The position numbers were made by a program, and so were the translations under genes. Shown here piece after piece: positions 42,353 to 50,571 of a stretch of 61,525 nt of DNA. Numbering within the stretch: the stretch's first letter is position 1; each line of letters begins with the position of its first letter. The stretch lies in contig JAKAVY010000005.1 in the NCBI GenBank assembly GCA_021827405.1, positions 1 to 61,525 on the forward strand. Reading direction: 5' to 3'. This DNA is from Thermoplasmata archaeon. Its GTDB lineage: Archaea > Thermoplasmatota > Thermoplasmata > Lutacidiplasmatales > UBA184. The notes under the pieces were generated by a model that was not told the DNA's origin, searched no databases, and saw nothing but the letters and a program-made list of their open reading frames with translations.

Positions 42353-43474
42353 CTAGGCGCGCGGCCCTCGGTACGGCGGGGCGGAGAGCCGGGGGAGGAC
42401 GAAGGGGAGCATCCGCCGGGTGGCGGCGGGGAGCGGGAGGCGTTGGAGGGCGCGGGCGGTCACCCAGCGGTACGGCCCCCCCTGGAGGCGGCCTCCGGGC
42501 CGTCGCCGGAGCGAAAAGACGTGCAGGCTCACGTGGAAGTGGGAATAGTCATGCTCGATCACCCCCAGGAGCTCGAGGACCCGGACCGGAAGACCGGTCT
42601 CCTCGAAGAACTCCCGGCAGACCGCCTGCGCCGCGGACTCCTTCGTCTCGATCTTCCCTCCGGGGAACTCCCAGAGCCCTCCGAGGAGCCCGCCGGGAGC
42701 CCGGCGTTGCACCAGGACCCTCCCGTCCCGGACCAACACCCCGACCGCGGCCCGGACCCGGGGACGAGGCGCCCTTCTCCCCCGGCGCGGGACCGCCCCC
42801 GGGTCCGGGAGCTCGGCGAGCGCCCCGCAGACGATTCGGACCGGGCAGCGCGGGCAGCGGGGGGACCGGAGGGTGCAGAGGCGCTGCCCGAGCTCCATGA
42901 GCCCTTCGTTGAAGGACCGGGGGTCCGCCCGGCCCAGCAGTCGCTCCACCTCCGGCTCGGTGGGCGGGACCGGATAGAGGACCCGGGAGAGGACCCGCAG
43001 CCCGTTCGCGTCCAGCGCCACCACGGGACGACGGAACGCGATGGCCGCGAGCGCGCGCGAGGTGTACTCTCCCACGCCGGGGAGCTCTCGGAGCTCCTCC
43101 ACCCGGTCCGGGAGCTTCCCTTCATGCTCGTCGACGACGATCCGGGCGAGCTTCCGAAGGTTCCTCGCCCGGGCGTAGTAGCCCGCCCCCTCCCAGGCCT
43201 TGAGGACGGAACCCTCCCTCGCCCGGGCCAGGCTCGCCAGGTCCGGGAAGCGGGCGAGGAACCGCTGGTAGTAGGGCCGCGCCTGCTCGACCCGGGTCTG
43301 CTGGAGGAGGAACTCCGCCACGAGGAGGCGGTAGGGGTCGTTCGTCCGCCGCCACGGGAGGTCGCGCCGGGTCCGCCTAAACCAACGCGTCAGGAACCGC
43401 CGGAACCGCTCGCCCACGCGGGGGTCTCCGCCCGCGACCCGCGCCCCGTCCCTCAGTGCCGGAAGACCCTCCAT
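42353..43474 (-). CDS. mutY: A/G-specific adenine DNA glycosylase MutY with a C-terminal domain carrying a complete Nudix box
   Basis: The product reads DLPWRRTNDPYRLLVAEFLLQQTRV...WEGAGYYARARNL...LPGVGEYTSRA...ALDANGLRV. The Fe-S loop reads CTLRSPRCPRCPVRIVC. The Nudix part reads LWEFPGGKIETKESAAQAVCREFFEETGL and is encoded at 42590-42658. Confidence 0.88.
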   Translation of the reverse strand: MEGLPALRDGARVAGGDPRVGERFRRFLTRWFRRTRRDLPWRRTNDPYRLLVAEFLLQQTRVEQARPYYQRFLARFPDLASLARAREGSVLKAWEGAGYYARARNLRKLARIVVDEHEGKLPDRVEELRELPGVGEYTSRALAAIAFRRPVVALDANGLRVLSRVLYPVPPTEPEVERLLGRADPRSFNEGLMELGQRLCTLRSPRCPRCPVRIVCGALAELPDPGAVPRRGRRAPRPRVRAAVGVLVRDGRVLVQRRAPGGLLGGLWEFPGGKIETKESAAQAVCREFFEETGLPVRVLELLGVIEHDYSHFHVSLHVFSLRRRPGGRLQGGPYRWVTARALQRLPLPAATRRMLPFVLPRLSAPPYRGPRA

Positions 43475-45030
43475 CCGCAGAAGTACATGGCCAGGTCCAG
43501 CCGGTCGGCCGCCGCAACGACCTCCGCGTCGCGGATGGATCCCCCCGGCTGGAGGATGACCCGGACCCCGGCCCTCCCGGCCTCCTCGAGCCCGTCAGCG
43601 AAAGGAAAGTACGCGTCCGAGGCGAGGACGGACCCCCGGGCCCGGTCCCCGGCCACCTCCAGCGCGACGCGGACGGCCCCCACCCGGCTGGTCTGCCCGG
43701 AGCCGATGCCCACCGTCGCCTCGCGCCGTACCAACGCCACCGCGTTGCTGCGGGCGTGCCGGACCACCTTCCAAGCGAACGGCAGGGAGCCAAGCTCCCC
43801 GTCCGTGGCGGCCCGCCGGGTGACGAGCTTGAGCTCCGAGGACAATAGCTCCCGCCGGTCCGCCTCCTGGAGCAGAAGGCGCCCCGTGGCGGTCCGGGCC
43901 TCCCACCGGGGAGCCTCCCGGGAAGGCGCCGACCCCTGGACGAGCTTGAGCTTCGGGCGGCGGGAGAGCCGCTCGATCACCTCGGCCGGGAAGGAAGGCC
44001 CCGCCAGGAGGTCCACGAAGGTCCCCTTCAACGCGTCGACCCCCTCCATCGTCAGGGGCCGGTTGACGGCCACCGCGCTCCCGTACCGGGCCACCGGGTC
44101 GGTGGCCAGCGCCTGCTCCAGCGCCGCCGGGAGCCCGTCGGAGGTGGCCGCCCCGCAGGGAGTGGCGTGCTTCACCACCACCGCCGCGGGCCGATCGAAC
44201 TCCGAGACCAGCGCCAGCGCCCGCTCCAGGTCCAGGTAGTTGTTGTAGGAGAGCGCCTCCCCCTTGAGGCGGACCAGGGGCCAGGGGTCGAGGGGCACCC
44301 CCGGCGGGGCCACCTCCGACAGGACCTCTGCCCGCTGGTGAGGGTTCTCCCCGTAACGGAGCCCTTCCCCCGTCCGGGCGAAGGTGACCAGCTCGGTCAG
44401 ACGCCCCGTCCCCGGGTCCGCGACCCGGGCGAGCCAGGCGTTCACCGCGGTGTCGTAGAGGGCCGTCCGCCGGAAGGCGCGGGCGGCGAGCCGGGCGCGG
44501 GTGGCCGGGCTCACCCTCCCGCCGCTATGGTCCATCTCCGAGAGCAGCCCCTCCGTGTCCGCCGGGTCGGAGAACGGGACCACGTAGCGGTGGTTCTTGG
44601 CGGCGGCCCGCAGCAGGCTCGGGCCCCCCACGTCGATGCGCTCCAGCAGTTCCTCCGCGCCCTCCTTCCCGCCGGAGAAGGCCTCCTCGAACGGGTAGAA
44701 GAGGACCGCCACGAGATCGAAGGCGATGAGCCCGAGCGCCTCGAGCTCGCGCGATCCCGCCTCGTCCCGGGGGGCCAGGATGCCTCCGAAGAGCTTCGGA
44801 TGGAGCGTCTTCACCCGGCCGCCGAACCAGGCGGTGATGCCGGTGATCTCCTCCGTCCCGTGGCAGGGGATGCCGAGCCCCTCCAGATGGCGCCGGGTCC
44901 CGTCGGTGGCGTAGAGCTCCACCCCCCGGGTCGAAAGTCCCCGGGCCAGGGGGACGATGGGATCCTTCCGGTCGGCCGCGAGCAGGGCCCTCTTCAGCAG
45001 GGGTCCTTCGCTACGGTCCTGCGAACCCAC
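43453..45030 (-). CDS. purH: Bifunctional AICAR transformylase / IMP cyclohydrolase
   Basis: The product reads ALLAADRKDPIVPLARGL...GVELYATDGT...GGRVKTLHPKLFGGILA...GGPSLLRAAAKNH...YNNYLDL...VVKHATPCG...SGQTSRV...LASDAYFPF...ILQPGGSIRD. The ORF extends to ATG 45138, which would overlap the upstream SIS gene by 44 nt. I prefer the in-frame GTG at 45030, which gives a typical length and sits behind gcttatctttcc. Confidence 0.88.
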   Translation of the reverse strand: MGSQDRSEGPLLKRALLAADRKDPIVPLARGLSTRGVELYATDGTRRHLEGLGIPCHGTEEITGITAWFGGRVKTLHPKLFGGILAPRDEAGSRELEALGLIAFDLVAVLFYPFEEAFSGGKEGAEELLERIDVGGPSLLRAAAKNHRYVVPFSDPADTEGLLSEMDHSGGRVSPATRARLAARAFRRTALYDTAVNAWLARVADPGTGRLTELVTFARTGEGLRYGENPHQRAEVLSEVAPPGVPLDPWPLVRLKGEALSYNNYLDLERALALVSEFDRPAAVVVKHATPCGAATSDGLPAALEQALATDPVARYGSAVAVNRPLTMEGVDALKGTFVDLLAGPSFPAEVIERLSRRPKLKLVQGSAPSREAPRWEARTATGRLLLQEADRRELLSSELKLVTRRAATDGELGSLPFAWKVVRHARSNAVALVRREATVGIGSGQTSRVGAVRVALEVAGDRARGSVLASDAYFPFADGLEEAGRAGVRVILQPGGSIRDAEVVAAADRLDLAMYFCGWRVFRH

Positions 45031-45094
45031 GTCCCTTACCCCTGGGGAGGACGGGTGAGGAAAGATAAGCGCTCCGGGCCGGGGCCCCTCTCCT

Positions 45095-46183
45095 TCAGAG
45101 GTGGTAGCTCGCGGAGATCCGGGCGAAGATCGGGTCATCCTCCCGGAACGAGTCTGGGTCCGTCCCCCGGCGCTCGGCGGTAAAGCAGGCCAAGAGCTGC
45201 AGGGGGAGCGTCGTGACGAACGGGCTCAGCTCCTCCCGCCCGGGGGGAACCTCGAACCGGAGGGTCCCCGGCGGGTGGCCGGCGAACCCCTCCACGGCGT
45301 CTAGCGCCTCCCGGTCGCCGATGAGCCAGGGGGTGGCCGGGACCAAGGCGAGGGCGCGGAGCGCGTCCCCGAAGCGGTCCAGGGCCGGGCCCTTAGGGGC
45401 GAGGAGCACCGCAAGGTCCCCGGCCTGAAGGGCCTGGAGCCCTCCGTGCAGCATCGTCTCCAGCTCGAACCCCTCGGAGACCAGGTAGGACGATTCCTTC
45501 ACCTTGAGGGCCCCCTCCCGCGCCGTGGGGAAGTTCACCCCGGCCCCGGCGAAGACCACCCGTCCCTGGCGGGCCAGCCTCTCCGCCACGGGAAGGATCT
45601 CCCCCTCCCGTCCAAGGACCTCCTCCATCCGCCCGGGCAGGGTGGGGAGGAGCTCCCCCAGGCCCCCTGGCCCCGAGGGCCCCTCCCGTCCCAGCTCCGC
45701 GGCGAGGAGGGCGAGCGCCAGGAGGTTCCCCGTGTAGCTGGCCGTGTGGGTGGAGGACCGCTCCTGGGGTGCGGTGGGGATGAGCACCTGGGGGCCGGCC
45801 ATGGGCGAGTCGAGCCCCGTGAGCCCCACCACGGGCATCCCAGATCCCTGGGCCCTCTCCAGGCTCGCCATCCCGTAGCGCTTGTTCCCCCGGTGGCTGA
45901 TGGTGATGAGGGCATCGTCCCGGGAGAGCGGGGGAGGGTAGAGCGCGAAGTCCTGGTGGGTGAGCGCCCAGGCGTCCACCCCCGCCGTCCGGAGCAGGTG
46001 CTGGCCGACCAGGGCCGCGTGGTGGCTGGTACCGGTCCCCGTCAGGAAGACGTGCCGCCGCCCCCGGAGCAGCCCGGCCGCCCTTTCGACGAGGGGAGGG
46101 CACCGGCCCAGAACGTCCCGAAGGACCGCCGGCTGGGCGTGGATGGTCCGGTACAGCTCGGAGGGATGGCTCTCCGCTCCCAT
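45095..46183 (-). CDS. Double-SIS-domain sugar-phosphate isomerase/aminotransferase-like protein (GlmS C-terminal / AgaS / FrlB family)
   Basis: The product reads HVFLTGTGTSHHAALVGQHLL...ALITISHRGNKRY...GMPVVGLTG...VVFAGAGVNFPTAREGALKVKESSY...EGFELETMLHG. There is no glutaminase domain. Confidence 0.8.
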   Translation of the reverse strand: MGAESHPSELYRTIHAQPAVLRDVLGRCPPLVERAAGLLRGRRHVFLTGTGTSHHAALVGQHLLRTAGVDAWALTHQDFALYPPPLSRDDALITISHRGNKRYGMASLERAQGSGMPVVGLTGLDSPMAGPQVLIPTAPQERSSTHTASYTGNLLALALLAAELGREGPSGPGGLGELLPTLPGRMEEVLGREGEILPVAERLARQGRVVFAGAGVNFPTAREGALKVKESSYLVSEGFELETMLHGGLQALQAGDLAVLLAPKGPALDRFGDALRALALVPATPWLIGDREALDAVEGFAGHPPGTLRFEVPPGREELSPFVTTLPLQLLACFTAERRGTDPDSFREDDPIFARISASYHL

Positions 46184-46268
46184 GGGGTCCTGCCGACCCC
46201 CGCGAGCCCTGGCATCAGATAAGACGTCGGGCGTCCCGGGACCCTTGCGCGTCGGCCCGGGGCCCCCT

Positions 46269-47843
46269 TCAGTTCCAGTCCACCGCCACGGTCACCATGG
46301 TCACCGTGAGCCCGGCAGCGAAGACGGGGGCCACCACCGTGTAGGTTCCCGCGGGATTTCCCAGGGAGCAGGAGTGGCAGACGTACGCCTGCCCGGACCC
46401 GAAGAGGCCGGGCTCGGTGGCGAAGAAGTTCAACCAGGCCCCCGGGTAGGGGGTGACGATCTTGAAAAGGGCCGGGAAGGCCAGGTACTGGCCGTTCCCC
46501 GGGAGGACGGAGAAGCTCGAGAGGCCCTGGAGCTTCAGGCTCACCCCCACCACCCCTCCCCCGCTCTGGGTGGACAGCCCGGAGACGATCGGCTGGACCA
46601 GGGTGAGGTTCAGCAGCGGACCGAGGGAGGAGGGGGTGAGGCTGAACTGGGGAGGGGCGACCATGACGGAGGTGTTGCCGGGCCCCCCGGCGATCACGGC
46701 CCCCTCCTCGAAGGTCACGGTCAGCGCAGGGAAATACCGGTTGTACAGGTGGGCGGCGAAGCCTCCCACGGCCGTCTGGTTGACCGACCGGGTCAGGGCG
46801 GAGGTGAACGGGCAGGCGTCGAAGGCCGAGGCGTTCTGGAAGGTGAGGGAGTTGCCCGCGAACCCGTCGAGGGCCGTGGTTGCGGTGTGGGAGTTCACCA
46901 CGCCCTGGGCGTTCTCCCAGCGGACCGTGGCGTTTACCCCGGTCTCTCCCGGGGTGACGAGGGTGATCCCGCGGAACTGGGTCACCGGGTAGGCGTTCCC
47001 GGCGGGGCAGAAGTTCCCCTGGGCCAGGGAGAAGGTGGTGCCCAGGGAGACCTCCGTCTGGGGCGCCGGCGCGGTGGTGGCACTGGTGGTGACGTTCGCG
47101 GAGAAGCTGTTGCCGGGGCCGACCAACCGGCTGGTCACGGCCACGTTGTCCGTGGGCCCCACCCCGTTGCCGAGGAAGAGCACGGTGACGTGGTCGTGGA
47201 TCCCCACCACCTGGAGGTCGACCGCCCCCGGCTGGTCGAACTTCACGGTGAGGGTCAGCTGGTCGTAGTTCCCCGTGAGGTTGTAGTCGAGCTGGCAGAA
47301 GACCAGGGAGAGGCAGTCCTCATAGCTCGGGCCCAGTGTGGCATTGCTCACGCTGGCGTTGTACACGGTGAACGCCCCGCTCGCCGCACAGCTCCCGTTG
47401 CCCGTACTACCGAAGCAGGCCGAGCCGTGGTTCCAGTCCACCGCCACCGGGCTCACCAGGGTGTCGTTGTACGTCAGGTTGAACCGGCTGTCCGGCGCGG
47501 GGAGGGCGTAGAGCTCCGTGGAGGCCGGGAGGCCCAGCGGAGGCACCCCCTGGCTGGCCATCTGGACGGGGGCGGTCACCGTCACGGGGAGGGCCGGGTT
47601 GGCGGCCTCGGCCAGGACGTCCGCCTGGATCTGGGCGATCTCGTTCTCCACCTGGAGGGTGTGCTGGTACTCGGCCGTCTCCAGCTGCTGGGGGAGCACG
47701 TTCGCCGTGTACTCCCCGATCATCAGGGCCAGGATGAGGAGGCTGAAGGTGACCGCGATGGCGCTGGCCACCGCGCGCCGACCGTGGATCCGCCGGCGAC
47801 CACGGGCGGGAGACCTATGCGGGGGTAGGGTCCGGGGGGACAA
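46269..47843 (-). CDS. Extracellular glycoprotein with an archaeal pilin-like (class III signal) N-terminus
   Basis: The N-terminus reads RRRIHGRRAVASAIAVTFSLLILALMIGEYTANVL, a basic stretch with a small residue and then a ~20-aa hydrophobic helix. About 480 aa of T/S/N/G-rich beta-type sequence with many NxT/S sequons follow. Confidence 0.65.
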   Translation of the reverse strand: MSPRTLPPHRSPARGRRRIHGRRAVASAIAVTFSLLILALMIGEYTANVLPQQLETAEYQHTLQVENEIAQIQADVLAEAANPALPVTVTAPVQMASQGVPPLGLPASTELYALPAPDSRFNLTYNDTLVSPVAVDWNHGSACFGSTGNGSCAASGAFTVYNASVSNATLGPSYEDCLSLVFCQLDYNLTGNYDQLTLTVKFDQPGAVDLQVVGIHDHVTVLFLGNGVGPTDNVAVTSRLVGPGNSFSANVTTSATTAPAPQTEVSLGTTFSLAQGNFCPAGNAYPVTQFRGITLVTPGETGVNATVRWENAQGVVNSHTATTALDGFAGNSLTFQNASAFDACPFTSALTRSVNQTAVGGFAAHLYNRYFPALTVTFEEGAVIAGGPGNTSVMVAPPQFSLTPSSLGPLLNLTLVQPIVSGLSTQSGGGVVGVSLKLQGLSSFSVLPGNGQYLAFPALFKIVTPYPGAWLNFFATEPGLFGSGQAYVCHSCSLGNPAGTYTVVAPVFAAGLTVTMVTVAVDWN

Positions 47844-47860
47844 AGGACTGGACCTGAGGA

Positions 47861-48202
47861 CTACTCAGGGGGTCGGTCGGTATATAGTCCTGACGCGGGA
47901 GACGCCCTTCCCCGTCGCCGGTCAAAGGAGAAGTCGAGCCACTCCTTCCCCTTCTTGAGCGTCCCCCAGGTCCGTACGGTACGGACCGAGGGGAGCCGTC
48001 CTCCCCGGGAAAGTTCCTCGGAGGGCCGGTTGAGGCGCCGCCGGGCCTCGGCGACCTCCGGCTGGGGGATCGCCAGGAGGACCCGGCGACCCCGGACCCG
48101 GATGATGCGCGGGGGCGGTCCCGGGGTGGGGCCGGAGAGAAGGCCGGCCAAGAGCCGGCCGACCTCCCGGGGCGGGAGGAAGGCCTCCTCCCGCAGCTCC
48201 AC
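47861..48202 (-). CDS. Hypothetical small basic protein immediately downstream of ftsZ, with a weak Pop5/Rpp14-like pattern
   Basis: The 113-aa product contains ...RIIRVRGRRVLLAIPQPEVAEARRRL...VRTVRTWGTLKKGKEWL. The last part resembles the C-terminal SGT(I/L)KxxK strand-helix of archaeal RNase P protein Pop5. The expected N-terminal strand is missing. Confidence 0.4.
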   Translation of the reverse strand: MELREEAFLPPREVGRLLAGLLSGPTPGPPPRIIRVRGRRVLLAIPQPEVAEARRRLNRPSEELSRGGRLPSVRTVRTWGTLKKGKEWLDFSFDRRRGRASPASGLYTDRPPE

Positions 48203-48230
48203 TCCCAGGTAACGGGGTCGGAAGGGGCGA

Positions 48231-49358
48231 TCAGCTGACCTGGTCGATGCCCCCCGAGGTTTCGCCGGTGGCGTAGCCGCCTCCCCGGGAGCCCAGGAGG
48301 TTCGCGGCCTTCACCCCGGTGATGATGAGGAGCACCTTGATGGTGTTCTCCATCTCGGGCGAAGGGTCCACGGTGCACCCCCAGATGATCCGGGCGCGCT
48401 TGGAGATCTTGCTGCCCACCAGGGCCGCCGCCTTCTCCGCCTCGGAGACCGTCATGCTGGGACCGCCGACCACCCGGACCAAGGCCCCGGTGGCGTCCTT
48501 CATGTCCACGTCCCCCAGCAGCGGGGAGGTCAACGCCTCGGTGACCGCTTCCGTGACCCGGTCGGTGGCGGACTCGCTCTCCCCCAGCCCGATCAGGGCC
48601 ACGCCCCCATCCTTCATGATGGTGAGCAGGTCGGCGTAGTCCAGGTTCACCAGCCCCGGCTTCGTCACGATCTCGGTGATCCCCTTGATGGCGGTCATGA
48701 GGACGGCGTCGGCGAGCTTGAACGCGGCGTCCAACGGCATCCGGGGAACGAGCTCCAGGAGCTTGTCGTTCTGGATCACGATGGTGGTGTCGCAGACCCG
48801 GCGGAGGCGCTCCAGCCCGTCCCGGGCCTGCTCCATCCGGACCGCTCCCTCCGCGGCGAAGGGGAGGGTCACCACGCCCATGGTCAGGGCGCCGGCCTCC
48901 TTGGAGACCCGGCCCACCACGTGCGCCGAGCCGGTGCCGGTCCCTCCGCCCATCCCGGCGGTGACGAAGACGATGTGCGCCCCCTGGACAAAGCCGCGGA
49001 GGTCCTCCTCGTTCTCCCGGGCGGCCTCCTCCCCCACCTCGGGGCGGGCCCCTGCGCCGAGGCCCTTGGTGGCCCGGCGGCCGATGAGGACCTTCCGGGG
49101 CGCATGGATGGTGAGCAGGTGCTTGGCATCCGTGTTGATGGCGCACATCTCGGCGCCCGAGATGCCCTCCTCCACGCACCGGTTGATGGTGTTGGAGCCT
49201 CCGCCACCGCATCCGACGATCCGGATGTTCACCTTCAACTGTTCTGCGAGCTTGGTCAACTCCTCGTCATCGGCGCTGATCGGCGAGGCGACCTTCTTGG
49301 CCTCCAACGCCTGGTTCTCTTGGTGCTTCGAGATGGCTTCCTGGATGATGGACTTCAT
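48231..49358 (-). CDS. ftsZ: Cell division GTPase FtsZ
   Basis: The product reads NIRIVGCGGGGSNTINR...FVTAGMGGGTGTGSAHVV (the tubulin signature GGGTGTG)...VVTLPFAAEG...NLDYADL. Confidence 0.95.
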   Translation of the reverse strand: MKSIIQEAISKHQENQALEAKKVASPISADDEELTKLAEQLKVNIRIVGCGGGGSNTINRCVEEGISGAEMCAINTDAKHLLTIHAPRKVLIGRRATKGLGAGARPEVGEEAARENEEDLRGFVQGAHIVFVTAGMGGGTGTGSAHVVGRVSKEAGALTMGVVTLPFAAEGAVRMEQARDGLERLRRVCDTTIVIQNDKLLELVPRMPLDAAFKLADAVLMTAIKGITEIVTKPGLVNLDYADLLTIMKDGGVALIGLGESESATDRVTEAVTEALTSPLLGDVDMKDATGALVRVVGGPSMTVSEAEKAAALVGSKISKRARIIWGCTVDPSPEMENTIKVLLIITGVKAANLLGSRGGGYATGETSGGIDQVS

Positions 49359-49394
49359 GCTTATCGCCCCGTACTCCTCGGTCCGTTTGTCTGC

Positions 49395-49411
49395 TGAGCG
49401 TCAGACGCTCA
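49395..49411 (-). promoter_or_regulatory. Perfect palindrome TGAGCGTC-A-GACGCTCA in the ftsZ leader
   Basis: The 8-nt arms are separated by one central nucleotide. It lies between the TATA word (49432-49444) and the ATG (49358). Confidence 0.3.
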
Positions 49412-49431
49412 CCGATGTCATCCTCCGCCTT

Positions 49432-49444
49432 GGTATTTAAACGC
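49432..49444 (-). promoter_or_regulatory. BRE/TATA word (gene orientation: gcgtttaaatacc) for ftsZ, giving a ~70-nt leader
   Basis: It is an A/T island belonging to the same word family as the rpl7ae and RHH-proteasome promoters. Confidence 0.5.
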
Positions 49445-50499
49445 TACGTTCCAGCGGGAGGGTCTCTATCGGTGCCGGTCCCTTCACCGCCACGGGCCGG
49501 AGCGTCCGACAAGGTCCCCGGGCCCGCCTCCGGCGTGGGAGCGGCCCTCCTCAAGCGGCCCGCGTACAGGAGGACGGCCCCGGCCACCAGGAGCGGGATC
49601 CCCGTGGCCCCGAAGCTCACCGAGACGGCGGCCAGGGCCACCCCCCAGGCCGGGACCGTGGCCAACGTGAAGTTCACCTCCGCCGAGCCCGGGCTTCCCC
49701 CGGTCCCGACCGGGAAGCTCACCCAGAGCTGGTACACTCCCGGATGGTCCTGGACCGAGACGTAGAACGCCTGTGGGTCCGCCAGGCTCCCCACCGGGGC
49801 ACTTCCCAGGCTGGCATTCCCCGGGGAGACGAACTCGGCGGTAAGGCCGAGCCCGGGAGTGGGGGTGGCGACCAGGGCGTAGACCTCCTCCCCCGGGGAG
49901 ACCGGGAGGGTCTTCCGCAAGGTCTCGCCCCGGGCCAGGGAGGCAGACTCCGACAGGGAGAGGTGGGCCAAGGGCTGCACTGGGGGGAGGGCGGCGTAGA
50001 CAAAGTAGAGGACCACGGCGAGGAAGAGCACCGTGGCCCCGAGGAGCAGGCTCTGCCGGCCCAGGCGGCGGGCCCGCATCCGTTGGGCCGCCCGACCTTC
50101 CCCGCGCGGGTCACCGACACCGAAGACCACCAGGGGCAGGACGGCGGCGAGGAGGACCACCGGGGTGCTCGGGCCCACGGCCCCGCCGACCAGCAGGCTT
50201 CCGACCGCGGCCGCGGAGGAGAGGAGGAGCAGGACCGAGAGGCGTCCCAGGGGGCGGTGGGGGGCCAGGACGAGAAGGGCAAAGGGGGGCAGGAGCAGGA
50301 CCCCGGAGAGCAGCGCGAGCCCTCCGGCGACGGGGAGGGAGTTCGGGAGGGGAAGGAGGGCGGCCGCCGATCCCAGCGCCGCCAGCACCGAGAGGGCCAG
50401 CCCGAAGAGGAGCGCCACCCGCCGGGTCGCTCCGACGAGAGGAGGTTCCCCTCCCTCCGGCGAGAGCGGTCCTTCTGGTCCTGACCCGGGTCCGGTCAC
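49444..50499 (-). CDS. Polytopic membrane protein with a central extracytoplasmic beta domain (hypothetical)
   Basis: N-terminal helices read VALLFGLALSVLAALGSAAALL, LALLSGVLLLPPFALLVLA and STPVVLLAAVLPLVVFGV. The loop reads EEVYALVATPTPG...PGVYQLWVSFPVG. The C-terminal helices read WGVALAAVSVSFGATGIPLLVAGAVLLY. I chose GTG 50499 because the ORF-track start at 50700 would overlap the divergent polD gene. Confidence 0.55.
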   Translation of the reverse strand: MTGPGSGPEGPLSPEGGEPPLVGATRRVALLFGLALSVLAALGSAAALLPLPNSLPVAGGLALLSGVLLLPPFALLVLAPHRPLGRLSVLLLLSSAAAVGSLLVGGAVGPSTPVVLLAAVLPLVVFGVGDPRGEGRAAQRMRARRLGRQSLLLGATVLFLAVVLYFVYAALPPVQPLAHLSLSESASLARGETLRKTLPVSPGEEVYALVATPTPGLGLTAEFVSPGNASLGSAPVGSLADPQAFYVSVQDHPGVYQLWVSFPVGTGGSPGSAEVNFTLATVPAWGVALAAVSVSFGATGIPLLVAGAVLLYAGRLRRAAPTPEAGPGTLSDAPARGGEGTGTDRDPPAGT

Positions 50500-50571
50500 G
50501 GTCCTCCTTCCGCCCAGGGTCCCCCGGGCGGTTATCCCTTCTCCCCCGCACGGGAGCGCTGCCCGAGCCGG

